DNA of 64,000 nucleotides from Acidobacteriota bacterium (GCA_028872955.1 JAGWNX010000004.1:26075-90074); one strand, 5' to 3'. Numbered from the stretch's first letter, positions 52,890 to 62,371 are shown. Made by a program: numbers and translations. The notes: generated from the letters alone by a model not told the origin.

Positions 52890-53792
52890 ATGCCAGACCT
52901 GAAGCGTATTACCGACAAAATCCGGCGCCCACTCTTCTGGAAGCGTACGTCTCCACCGGAAACAAAAGCCATCTCCAGCGGAGCGACGTCACAGTCTTCC
53001 GACCGGCGTCGCAAGTGGTACGCGCCTACGTTCCTCAAGACAGCGCCCCTTCTGTTAGTGACGGCTCTGTTTGCGCCGAAGGCAGCACACGGGCAGTTCG
53101 GAATCGATCTCGCAGCAATCCTCGCAGGGTTATCCAAGGTGGAGACCCTCATGAACAAGTATGTTGCGGCTCCGCTGAAGACGATCAATCAGGCGCAGCA
53201 GAGTATCAGCAGCTACGAACAAGAGGTCGTCTATCCGATTACCGCGATCAATCAGGCAAAAAGCTCCGTAACTCAGTTTGAGAACCAGTTCAGCCAGATC
53301 AGCACGATGTTTCGTGTCAATGTATCGAGCGCCACGTTGCCGCAGTCGCAGAGTCTCGAGACGATGCTGCTTTCCCGCAATACCAGCAATGTTGCCTCGG
53401 TCTCGCCGCAGTTCCAGAACGTCTACGGTGTCGTCATGGCTCAGAACGCGGCGTCCCCCGAAGTCCGCAACATGACGGACATGACCGATGCACAGGCGCA
53501 GGACGCTATGAAGCGTGCCATCGCCATCGACGCCTTGGCGGATGCCGAACTCGCGCAAGCCGACAAGATGGGGCAACAGATCGCAACTGCGGCACCGGGG
53601 AGCGCGCCCATCCTCGAAGCAGAGGCCGACGTGTGGCTTGTGCGAGCGAATGCCTATACCCAGGCCGCACTCGCTGAGTTGATGCGTACGCGCGGCATCG
53701 ACCTTGCGAACCAAAGCAAGCGTGCGAAGCTCGGTGCTTCCGACAACACCAGCAATAGCACCTTGATCAATGGATCTCTCACCCAGAGGTAG
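52890..53792 (+). CDS. Secreted VirB5/TrbJ-like protein 2 (paralog of the previous gene)
   Basis: Signal ending AHG-Q; shares ATL..Q.LET.L.SR and APGS.P.L.A.A blocks with 52051. Confidence 0.55.
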   Translation: MPDLKRITDKIRRPLFWKRTSPPETKAISSGATSQSSDRRRKWYAPTFLKTAPLLLVTALFAPKAAHGQFGIDLAAILAGLSKVETLMNKYVAAPLKTINQAQQSISSYEQEVVYPITAINQAKSSVTQFENQFSQISTMFRVNVSSATLPQSQSLETMLLSRNTSNVASVSPQFQNVYGVVMAQNAASPEVRNMTDMTDAQAQDAMKRAIAIDALADAELAQADKMGQQIATAAPGSAPILEAEADVWLVRANAYTQAALAELMRTRGIDLANQSKRAKLGASDNTSNSTLINGSLTQR

Positions 53793-53798
53793 TCGGCC

Positions 53799-55577
53799 AT
53801 GATATCCCTATTCCATCCCGCCACCGCCGCACTCGCGCTCTTTCAGTCGACGCAACTGAGTGTCTTCGAGCGCTTTCTGACGCAGGCGGTCACTGGTATC
53901 GACTCGACAAGTATCACTGCCGGGATGCAGAAGGCCGCTTATGTGGTCCTGTTGATTGGGTTCTTGTGGCAGGTATATCAGTCAGCGCTGCACGGCGGGG
54001 ACGTGCGTGGACTCGGCACCAACCTGATCAAATATGTCGTCACGGCAATCGTGGTGATGAACTATCACACCGTTTTTACCTCGATCAATCAGGGCTTTGT
54101 GAACGCCGGCAACTGGATTAACAGCGCATCCGGCGCTACCAGTCTCTTTGAAAACTGGGCCAGTGACCTCAAAACACAGTTCAGTCAGGTTGGATTCCAG
54201 AAGCTTTGGGGATTGGTAACAGCCGATCTACCCGGTCTCATCGATGCGCTCCTGATCATCGTTGCCTATATTCTGTATCCAGTCGTCATCGTCATCTTCG
54301 GCTTTTTCTACATGCTGTACGGATCGATCCTCTACATCTTTGGGCCGATCGTGATCGCGCTTATGCCGCTCGGTGCCACAAATCGGCTGGCAAAATCCTA
54401 TGCCGAGAACGTCTTCATCTGGAACGCGTGGCCTATCCTCTACGGCGGTTTCGGTGCTCTTCTCAGTGCCGTTCAGATGGGTCAGATCGGACAGATGCTC
54501 AACTCGAACAACTTCCTCGGTGGACTGGGCAATCTCGAAGGCTCGATTCTGATCGGCTTGGCCAGCATCATCTATTCGCTCGCTATTGCAGTTATCCCAT
54601 TCATCGCGAAAAAGATTGTGAGCGGCGATGTCGGTAGTACGGCCAGTACATTGCTTGGAGCTGCAGCGACGGCCCTTACTGCCGGAGTCGCAGCAACCGA
54701 AGGTGTAGCAGCGGGACTTGCAAGCACTTCAGGACAAGCCGTCTCTGGCGGAGGAAGAGCCGCCGCGAGCAGTGTACCGGCCGGTAATTCATCCGCAGCC
54801 ACTGGATCGAATCAGCCCGCAGTTCCTCAGCGAATGCAGCCAGGAACTGGTGAACAGCAACGTTCGATGACTAGTACCAGCGCAGCCACACCGGCGACAT
54901 CACCCTCGCTTCCTTCATCGTTCCCTTCGACTCAAGGAGAAGTTGTCGCGGAGGGTATTCGTGGCGGTCTCGAGTCTGCTATCGATCAAACTTCGAAGAA
55001 CGAAGCGGGTGTCCCATCCCACTCTGCGGCATCCTCAAGTAACAGGGGTAATGGAACGACTACAGCCAAACCTACAGATGACGGCACAGCCTCGCCATCG
55101 CGAGGTACCACATCCCCGAAGCCCTCGCACCATAAGGGAAATGGTCCCTCAGCCGGCCTTATGCGGCCCCATGGCCTGGCTACATGGGGTGCATACCACG
55201 CTGCTCGACTCGCCACTCAGGGAGCTGTCGGTGGCGCCCGTGCTGTGGGTGCCACTGCAAAAGGTGTTACCAACACCATCGCGAATCCCGTCAAAACGGC
55301 TGGTCAGGTGGGTACGAAGGCTGGTCAGATCTCGGGAAACGTAGTGAATGCTGCCGAGAAAACTGCAGCGGTTTCCGAACAAATCGCAAATGGCGTAACG
55401 CACCCTCGCAAAACGGTGGGTGCTGGTGCTCAGGCTATGGCAGATGCAGCAAGAACCGCTGTCTCCAATGCATCGTCTACAGTTCGCGGAAGCGCATCAG
55501 CCATGAAAACGAATTTCTCCCAAGCCTACGAAAAGACCCGTGTCGGAGAGATGAGCGACGACAAGGAATCCGCATAG
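53799..55577 (+). CDS. VirB6/TrbL-like polytopic membrane protein with long S/T/A-rich tail
   Basis: Five to six TM helices, GPIVIALMP..TNRLAKSY, low-complexity C-terminal half. Confidence 0.7.
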   Translation: MISLFHPATAALALFQSTQLSVFERFLTQAVTGIDSTSITAGMQKAAYVVLLIGFLWQVYQSALHGGDVRGLGTNLIKYVVTAIVVMNYHTVFTSINQGFVNAGNWINSASGATSLFENWASDLKTQFSQVGFQKLWGLVTADLPGLIDALLIIVAYILYPVVIVIFGFFYMLYGSILYIFGPIVIALMPLGATNRLAKSYAENVFIWNAWPILYGGFGALLSAVQMGQIGQMLNSNNFLGGLGNLEGSILIGLASIIYSLAIAVIPFIAKKIVSGDVGSTASTLLGAAATALTAGVAATEGVAAGLASTSGQAVSGGGRAAASSVPAGNSSAATGSNQPAVPQRMQPGTGEQQRSMTSTSAATPATSPSLPSSFPSTQGEVVAEGIRGGLESAIDQTSKNEAGVPSHSAASSSNRGNGTTTAKPTDDGTASPSRGTTSPKPSHHKGNGPSAGLMRPHGLATWGAYHAARLATQGAVGGARAVGATAKGVTNTIANPVKTAGQVGTKAGQISGNVVNAAEKTAAVSEQIANGVTHPRKTVGAGAQAMADAARTAVSNASSTVRGSASAMKTNFSQAYEKTRVGEMSDDKESA

Positions 55578-55604
55578 ACCTCGCATGAGGAAAGGAGAAC
55601 GAAT

Positions 55605-56306
55605 ATGTTCAGCACAGAAGCGGACGTGAAAGCCTCGGGGCCTCGCCTGAAGTACTACGAGATGGATGGGGCGCGGCTCGCCAATGCCAATCGAGCGTGG
55701 TTGCTTGCATTCCTCATGGCGATCCTTGCAGTTGTGGCCCTCGGGTTTGCAATCATGGTTTGCCTCAAACCCCCAACGGTGATTCGCATCGGAGCCAACG
55801 GAGATGCAGCGGTGCTCGGGCAGTCATCGCCTTCAGTCTCAAGTTCCGCCGGAGATCCCTATCTCACCGAGGTCTTCGTCAAACGCTTCCTCTCCGAATA
55901 CCTGAACTACAGTCCCTCGAATGTAGATGACCACTGGGCAACAGCACTGAACAAGATGACTCGCAACCTTCGTGCCATGACGATCAAAGCGATGTCTGAT
56001 GGCAACGTTCGCGGCAAGATCGACGACGACCAAATCCAGTCGGTATTCCATCTTCGCGAAATGGAGCCCGTCACAGGAGAACCCTTGACCTTCCTGGTCT
56101 ATGGCGTGAAAGACGTGCACCATGTCACGAACGGCGGCGAAGTAACGGACCACTTCGTGAACGAGTACAGGATTCGCCTCGTGGCCGACAGGCGAAGTGA
56201 CGCCAACCCAGACGGGCTTTGGATCGCAGAGTATAGCGAGCGGCCGATTGATGGCGAACGCCGCAATGTCATTCTCTCGGCTTCCGACCAAAACAACAAC
56301 GAGTGA
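55605..56306 (+). CDS. VirB8/TrbF-like protein
   Basis: NRAW + TM + PTVIRIGANG, FVKRFLSEYLNYSP, DGLWIAEY. Confidence 0.7.
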   Translation: MFSTEADVKASGPRLKYYEMDGARLANANRAWLLAFLMAILAVVALGFAIMVCLKPPTVIRIGANGDAAVLGQSSPSVSSSAGDPYLTEVFVKRFLSEYLNYSPSNVDDHWATALNKMTRNLRAMTIKAMSDGNVRGKIDDDQIQSVFHLREMEPVTGEPLTFLVYGVKDVHHVTNGGEVTDHFVNEYRIRLVADRRSDANPDGLWIAEYSERPIDGERRNVILSASDQNNNE

Positions 56307-56319
56307 GGAGGGTATATCG

Positions 56320-56619
56320 ATGGAGGCAACGCAAGCAAAGATAACCGATGCTCCACCGGGGCAACTGCCCGCGAATCCCGCTCAAAAGAAAGGGCGGAAG
56401 GGTCGCAACAGCGAAGAGACAGCTCGGTTCTTTCTCGCCAAAGAAGGTTCCTCTCCCCAAAAACCTGAATTGGGAGAAGAGGCGCAAACCGAAAGCGACG
56501 CCCTCATCAAAGCATTCCAGCAGAAGACGGGCGTGATCTACGTAGTGACAGCATTTCGGGCTGAAGCAGAAATACAAGGAGGCAGCCCTGTATTGGTGAA
56601 ACGGCCGCTCACGAAGTAG
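56320..56619 (+). CDS. Hypothetical protein (99 aa)
   Basis: GAGGAGG SD; basic N-terminal segment KKGRKGR. Confidence 0.7.
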   Translation: MEATQAKITDAPPGQLPANPAQKKGRKGRNSEETARFFLAKEGSSPQKPELGEEAQTESDALIKAFQQKTGVIYVVTAFRAEAEIQGGSPVLVKRPLTK

Positions 56620-56715
56620 CGGCAACGGTCAGCAAACGGCATTCAAAGAGGAGACACACCTTATTCAGGCCACTGTCCTCTCTTGAACCTTATCGCCTGG
56701 GCGATGAGGAATTCC

Positions 56716-56859
56716 ATGCTGACCCGGACTCGATCACTGAGGCCTGGTTCGGTTATCCAACCACCCCTAACACGGGCGCCAGGCACAAGTGAAACGAACT
56801 CGGGACAGCGAGCTCTCAATCACTCATCTGGAGCGCCAGACAGTGAGGAGAAACGATGA
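56716..56859 (+). CDS. Putative 47-aa leader ORF overlapping the polymerase start (ATGA)
   Basis: GAGGA SD, ATG 56716, TGA 56857-56859 overlapping ATG 56856. Confidence 0.35.
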   Translation: MLTRTRSLRPGSVIQPPLTRAPGTSETNSGQRALNHSSGAPDSEEKR

Positions 56860-59420
56860 TAGCGAACATGACCCAATCCGTGACGGAACACTCGAAGCTC
56901 ATCCTTGAGCTATCGATTGATGCGTTTGGCCTTGTCACACGCAAAGAATCGGAACTCAACCGGAAAGATACGCTCGAGGGCACGCTCCTCGTGCAGATCT
57001 ATCCAGGGATCAAAATCGCACGCGTGAGTGTGCCAACTGAACTCGACGCCTACGAGCAATCGTTGGTGGAAAGCCGGATGGCCAACCTGATGTATCAGGG
57101 CATTCACTACAAACTTGCAGGCGCGAGCGGTGCGGCGAAGGACGGACGTTTCTACTTCGTTGATACCACCCATGCGAAGGACATTGCTGAGCGCTTTCAG
57201 CATTGGCCCGAGGCGGCGATGGTGTACTTTTCCATCCTCATCTCTGATTGCAAGACTGTGATCGATGATCCGAACGTGACTGTTCTTGTCGTCAAGGATC
57301 ATGTCCTTGGCACCAACGATTGCCGCGGTTGGCTTCGAGAGTCCCTGTATCGGAAGCTGCAGCTTCCCCAGGATCGATTCGCTCAGTTTCGACTGGCGTT
57401 CGATGCACGCGAACCGAAGCAGGCGAAAGGCGCTGTCAAGGCGATGAGCGACCGCGTAGCTGACAAGCTCGGGGTCGATATCATCTTGCCGGAAAGCTCC
57501 TGTAAGCCCGAGCTCAAGGGATCAGGAAAATTCATCCCCCAGGCGAAGACCACCGGAAGGCTTGTGCAGGGTCCGGTCATTCTGGGAATCAAGCATGTCT
57601 CCCGAAGGACCGTTTACGGCTCCAGCTACACGTTGGTCGAAAATGCTTCGGAAGAGGCTCTTCGTACCGAGATCATCCCTCCAACCGTGGAGGAAGTTCG
57701 TCAGGTACGGAAAGCATGGGAGGACGGGGATTATTCCGCTCTCCTGAAACTGTTGGGACGGAACGAAGAAGAGGAAATCAGCTTTGACGATAGCTTCGAC
57801 ACCGAAAGCTTCGAAGGGGCTGCAGTCACCGCTTCCCAGGAAGGCTGTGATCCGTCAGAGGCGGTACTGCTGGCTGACAAGAGCGGAAGTGCTATTCGGA
57901 TTCCGTTCGTTGCCAACCAGCTGAACCGTAAACTGGCACGCTGGGCCTTTCGCGCAATGACAGGTGGGACATTACGTCTTCCTGCATTCGCACTGGCCGA
58001 CGATGGTGTCCTGATCGAACATGCGGGGAAAATCTACTCCGCATCTGACTGGATTCCGAAGGACAGCGCGATCACTTCGCTCACCTCCGAGCAGAGCTTG
58101 TGTGTCCGGTACCCAATACGGATGCAGGAGGATCTGCTACCAGTCCGCCATCTTTCCGATGACGACCTGGTCCCCCGTCTCGCAGAAGCACTCGGCAGAT
58201 CGGACTTATCCGAAGGCACCGTCCGTCACATCCTGCGTACACAGCTTCGCATGCATGGAGCCTACATCCTGCATTCGGAGACTGCGGCAAAGAACGGTGG
58301 TGACTTCGACTATGACACCATCTGCACTATCCCATCCGACCGGTTCCCGAAGTTCGTTCAGGGACGGATCGCCTATGGAGAGCATTTCACGAACCCGGAG
58401 AAGACCAAGACCAAGGCCCGCTCCCAGTGGTGGAATGTACATCTGGTTGCCATGAAAGCACGCGGAAACAAGATCGGCTCCATTACCGATCTGAAGACCT
58501 CGTGCGTGGCGGCCGGCAGGATTGACCTTGCTTACCAGCTGGTCATTCAACTGCAAAACGCGCTGGACTCCCTCAAACACAAGGTATCCGTGGATGAGGA
58601 ATTGGTGCGCGAAATCCGCAAACAGGTCAATCCATCTCCCTGGCTTCGCTATAAGCGCGAGCGCAGAGTGACGGACATGCCCATGCACCTCGAAGTCGCC
58701 GACACCGACAAGGTGGGCCGGATGTACAACGTGGTGCGCAAGGAACTGGGCGACCTCGAGCAAGAAAAGTCGACCATGGAAGACTTCCGGGGTCTTTTTA
58801 CAGGCCATTCGGTCAGCAAGGAGATGTTCCGGGAGTGTGAGCTGGTCAACAACGTCTTTGGCTCAGTCGCTTCCAAGATCACTGAACGCGAAGAGAAACT
58901 CCGGCTGGAGTTGAACAACGCGCAGGCGTTCTGGGATGCGGGCCGCCAAAGCCAAGACAAGGAAATGAGGAAGTCAGCCGTCATCGCCCGGAATAAGGCG
59001 CAGGCGGCAGTCTGGGAGTCGGAACAGGACGCGAAAAAGCAGTTTCGTTCGCTCAACCTGTTCATGCACTTCTGGGCAGAGGGCAAGCAGGACGGCCGGG
59101 CAGCCTGGGCGCAAGCAATGGCTCATGTCGTTACCAACGGCAAAGGTACCGGTGCAGCTCTCTTCCATACCTTCCCACAGGAAATAGTCGATGCGTTTGC
59201 GGAACAGACCGGTGGCGAAAGTGTTCTGGTCCGCAAGCCAAAGACGATCGATGGATACGTCGAGTTCGATGAAGAACAGCGTGCGTATCTCGTCGAAATC
59301 ATCCCCAATCCCGGGGCCGAAGACACCAAGAAAGCGATCTTCCTGTTCCAGTACACAGGCAATCGTGAACTCGTCTTCGAAGACACGAGGGTCTCGCCTT
59401 ATCGGGCAGATCTCTCCTAA
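56856..59420 (+). CDS. Single-subunit two-barrel RNA polymerase-like protein (cellular RdRP/YonO-like)
   Basis: Ordered motifs TNDCRGW, FAQFR..AKG, LPESSCK, PF..L, LADDG.L, VRYP, GGDFDYD (D483/D485/D487), IGSITD, ALDSLKH. Confidence 0.72.
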   Translation: MIANMTQSVTEHSKLILELSIDAFGLVTRKESELNRKDTLEGTLLVQIYPGIKIARVSVPTELDAYEQSLVESRMANLMYQGIHYKLAGASGAAKDGRFYFVDTTHAKDIAERFQHWPEAAMVYFSILISDCKTVIDDPNVTVLVVKDHVLGTNDCRGWLRESLYRKLQLPQDRFAQFRLAFDAREPKQAKGAVKAMSDRVADKLGVDIILPESSCKPELKGSGKFIPQAKTTGRLVQGPVILGIKHVSRRTVYGSSYTLVENASEEALRTEIIPPTVEEVRQVRKAWEDGDYSALLKLLGRNEEEEISFDDSFDTESFEGAAVTASQEGCDPSEAVLLADKSGSAIRIPFVANQLNRKLARWAFRAMTGGTLRLPAFALADDGVLIEHAGKIYSASDWIPKDSAITSLTSEQSLCVRYPIRMQEDLLPVRHLSDDDLVPRLAEALGRSDLSEGTVRHILRTQLRMHGAYILHSETAAKNGGDFDYDTICTIPSDRFPKFVQGRIAYGEHFTNPEKTKTKARSQWWNVHLVAMKARGNKIGSITDLKTSCVAAGRIDLAYQLVIQLQNALDSLKHKVSVDEELVREIRKQVNPSPWLRYKRERRVTDMPMHLEVADTDKVGRMYNVVRKELGDLEQEKSTMEDFRGLFTGHSVSKEMFRECELVNNVFGSVASKITEREEKLRLELNNAQAFWDAGRQSQDKEMRKSAVIARNKAQAAVWESEQDAKKQFRSLNLFMHFWAEGKQDGRAAWAQAMAHVVTNGKGTGAALFHTFPQEIVDAFAEQTGGESVLVRKPKTIDGYVEFDEEQRAYLVEIIPNPGAEDTKKAIFLFQYTGNRELVFEDTRVSPYRADLS

Positions 59421-59427
59421 CCCTGCG

Positions 59428-59459
59428 GAGGAGGTGCGGACATTCGTCTGTGCCTCCTC
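59428..59459 (+). other. 14-bp stem-loop directly after the polymerase-like gene
   Basis: GAGGAGGTGCGGAC-attc-GTCTGTGCCTCCTC; no U tract. Confidence 0.7.
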
Positions 59460-59503
59460 TCGCTGGAGATTCTGTCGCCTGGAACAGGCGCACGGAGGAG
59501 ACT

Positions 59504-60340
59504 ATGAACCGCTTCTTGTTAGCCGGCATGGCGCTGTTCGCATTCTCGGCGAAGGCGCAGAATATTAACTTTTCAGACGTCCAGCACATCCACACGTCCT
59601 TGAATCACCTGACGGTGATCGACCTGGGTGAGCCCATCCAGTTCATTGCGGCAGCGGATCCAGACTCCTTCCAGATCGAGCGGGTCGGCGACAAGGTGCT
59701 CTTGCAACCTCTCAAGGAAGGCGCTTCCACGAATTTGATTCTCTGGACTGCCTCGCGACAGGTCTCCTATGAGCTGGATGCTCCGGGGGACACCGCCAGG
59801 ATGAATGTTCTTGTGCGCTCTCTTCCTACATCTGTACACGCTGGGACGGAGACCTCCTCCGCAAAGGAACGTCAGGAGATCGCGGCAACCGCCACCACAC
59901 AAGCCATGCTTGGCGCTCAGGATATTGTTGCGGATCAACCGTCCAAGAGCCCTTCGAACACCGTCGCAGTGTCCCTCGTCCGCATCCTGCATACGAGCGA
60001 AGGGACCTATCTTCAATACCAGGTCGTCAATCACTCCACGACACCCTTCCGCGTAACGACGCCTGCTGTTACCCAGCTCACTCCGACACAGACGTCTGTC
60101 TCCCTCGTCGCGCTGCGCAACCATCAACTGTCGTCGCAAACACTCGGCAGCTTCAAGGCCAAATCGAATGGCGCGTCAGTCGTACTCGCAGGACAGATGC
60201 AGCAGTCCGATGTGCAGCCGGGAACTTCGACGAGCGGCTTCGTTCTGATTCGTGCCGTCAATGGCTCCACTCCGGAGATTTTCCATCTCGACTTTGGCTC
60301 GACCACGTCAGGTCCGATTGTTCTCGCCGTGGTGATCTGA
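59504..60340 (+). CDS. Second VirB9/TrbG/TraK-like secreted protein
   Basis: Signal AKA-Q, LTVIDLGEPI..DPDSFQIE..VLLQP..TNL; two-domain layout like 43794. Confidence 0.6.
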   Translation: MNRFLLAGMALFAFSAKAQNINFSDVQHIHTSLNHLTVIDLGEPIQFIAAADPDSFQIERVGDKVLLQPLKEGASTNLILWTASRQVSYELDAPGDTARMNVLVRSLPTSVHAGTETSSAKERQEIAATATTQAMLGAQDIVADQPSKSPSNTVAVSLVRILHTSEGTYLQYQVVNHSTTPFRVTTPAVTQLTPTQTSVSLVALRNHQLSSQTLGSFKAKSNGASVVLAGQMQQSDVQPGTSTSGFVLIRAVNGSTPEIFHLDFGSTTSGPIVLAVVI

Positions 60341-60341
60341 G

Positions 60342-60578
60342 ATGGCAGCCGATCGTTTCGTCACCACGGCTGAGGCCCGGGAGATGCTGCGCCGAGCCTA
60401 TCGCTCGGATAGTGAAATCAACCTTGAGGCGGTCGTCCGCCGCGCCGCCTCCGACCCGATCAAGCCGCTGTCGGAGAAAGGCCGCATGCGGCCGAGCACG
60501 CTTGTGGTAGTCGGCAGCATCATGCTGATCCTTCTCATCGCTGCCTTCTTTTACTTCAGTTTCGGAGGACGCGGATGA
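60342..60578 (+). CDS. Small membrane-anchored hypothetical protein
   Basis: C-terminal TM helix; ATGA coupling to virD4. Confidence 0.65.
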   Translation: MAADRFVTTAEAREMLRRAYRSDSEINLEAVVRRAASDPIKPLSEKGRMRPSTLVVVGSIMLILLIAAFFYFSFGGRG

Positions 60579-62371
60579 GCCCGACGTATGATGATCGCAG
60601 GCCAGCGCCGCGCGGCAGCGAAGATGCCGCCGGGATCGTTGTGTTAGGCGGCTGCGCTATTGTCGCGGTGTTCTGGTACATCGGGGTCTCACGCCTGCAC
60701 CTGCGCAATGCGCAATGCCTCGAGCTATTCCTCGACTTTGCAGTCACCCTCTTTGGAACGGGGTTAGTTCTCTCTGACTTCATTGGCCGGCGCCAGCGGC
60801 GGGAAGAGTCCTGGCCGCATCCTGCCATCCACATACCGGGCGAGGTCGACGAGAAGAATCTCTCTCGTGCCCGCGAAGAAGGAAGCACTCTCCTCGGCTA
60901 CGACATCCATGAGGAGCCGTGGTTCTGGCCGGATTCCGTTCGCCTGAAACATGGTGTCATCGCCGGAGGAACCGGCGCCGGAAAGACAACCTTCTTCCAG
61001 AGCATCATCGCGCAGGACCTGAATCGGACCTTCCATGGCAGACGGATGCCCATCATTATCTTCGATGGCAAAGGCGATCAGGCTTTCGTACAAGAGCTGC
61101 TGCCGCACATCGAGGCCGCCGGACGCATGGAAGATCTGAGGCTCATCGATCCCTCGAATCCGCAGGAATCGTGGTCTTATAACCCGTTGTACAGCCCAGA
61201 CTCGCTCTATCAGGAACACGTCAACTTCATCTTCTCGTCCTTCGGTATGCGTGAGGATTTCTTCGCCGGACACCAGGAAGCCTATCTGTCCGATCTTGTT
61301 CGCATTCTCTACTACAGCGGCAAGGTCTTCAACATGCGCGATGTGCTGGTAATGGCGCTGGACGAGAAGGTACTGAATGAACAAATCGGCATCGCGCAAA
61401 AGCGGATTGATAGCAATCCTGTCATCTCGCTCACCATGCGTCTGAACTTCGAGATGTCTGTGAAGATGATTCGGAAGTCGCTGGCGGACCGGGAGCGCAT
61501 TGCAAAGATTCAGGGCTTGCTGAATGAATTGCTGGCGTTCCTGGAGGATGATTTGTCCATCGTCACCGGCTCCTACCAGAACATGCTGACCATCGAAGAG
61601 GTTGTCGACAAGAGCCTCATTCTCATCATCAGCCTCAACTCCAACAAGAACAAGCGGGCCAGCGAAGCGCTCGGCAAGATCCTTCTACAGAACATCCGGC
61701 TGATGGTTGGAAAACGCTACCAACAGATGCTGTCGTTGAATCTTGAGCAGGAGCCAATTCTAAGCGTCATCTGTGATGAAATCGCGCGCTATGCCGACCC
61801 GGATTTTCCGCAGGTCCTGCAGACCGCACGAGGAGCCCGCGTCTCGTTCCTATTTTCTTTCCAGGCCGTACCCCAGCTCGAGAACGTCAGCCGCGCCTTT
61901 GCCGAAGAAGTCTGTTCCGCGCCGGGCACGAAGATGCTCATGAACGGTACAGACGAGTCCACAGCACAGTGGTTTCTGAAAGCCTCGTCTCGTGTTCTGC
62001 GCAAACGCCGCAGTCTTGCTGTCCGCCGTACCGGTATTTTCAGCCAGAAGTACATCGAGACCGGTACCGGCAATGAGAGCGACGCTCGTGAGACGCGCTC
62101 GAGGGAAGAACACATTAAGAACATGCCGGTAGGCCAGCTCGAGATCCTCATGGTCGATCCGCGCGAGGGTACTTTGCACTCTCACCTCCATGGGCGACGG
62201 GCGTTCTCCTACCGCCCGGAAGAGATGAAGTCGGCTCTCTATCCGCGCATGCATGACGTCATCGATCCCAACGTGGGAGCCAATCTGCGTTTCAGTAACG
62301 ATGAGCCACGCCGCGGACGCCGCAGAACGGCAGGCACGTTGGCGAGTCTCTGGACCGGGGAGGAAGCATGA
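60575..62371 (+). CDS. virD4: VirD4/TraD-like type IV coupling protein
   Basis: Two N-terminal TM helices, Walker A GGTGAGKT, IFDGKGD, YNPL, Walker B VICDE, FQAVPQL. Confidence 0.85.
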   Translation: MSPTYDDRRPAPRGSEDAAGIVVLGGCAIVAVFWYIGVSRLHLRNAQCLELFLDFAVTLFGTGLVLSDFIGRRQRREESWPHPAIHIPGEVDEKNLSRAREEGSTLLGYDIHEEPWFWPDSVRLKHGVIAGGTGAGKTTFFQSIIAQDLNRTFHGRRMPIIIFDGKGDQAFVQELLPHIEAAGRMEDLRLIDPSNPQESWSYNPLYSPDSLYQEHVNFIFSSFGMREDFFAGHQEAYLSDLVRILYYSGKVFNMRDVLVMALDEKVLNEQIGIAQKRIDSNPVISLTMRLNFEMSVKMIRKSLADRERIAKIQGLLNELLAFLEDDLSIVTGSYQNMLTIEEVVDKSLILIISLNSNKNKRASEALGKILLQNIRLMVGKRYQQMLSLNLEQEPILSVICDEIARYADPDFPQVLQTARGARVSFLFSFQAVPQLENVSRAFAEEVCSAPGTKMLMNGTDESTAQWFLKASSRVLRKRRSLAVRRTGIFSQKYIETGTGNESDARETRSREEHIKNMPVGQLEILMVDPREGTLHSHLHGRRAFSYRPEEMKSALYPRMHDVIDPNVGANLRFSNDEPRRGRRRTAGTLASLWTGEEA

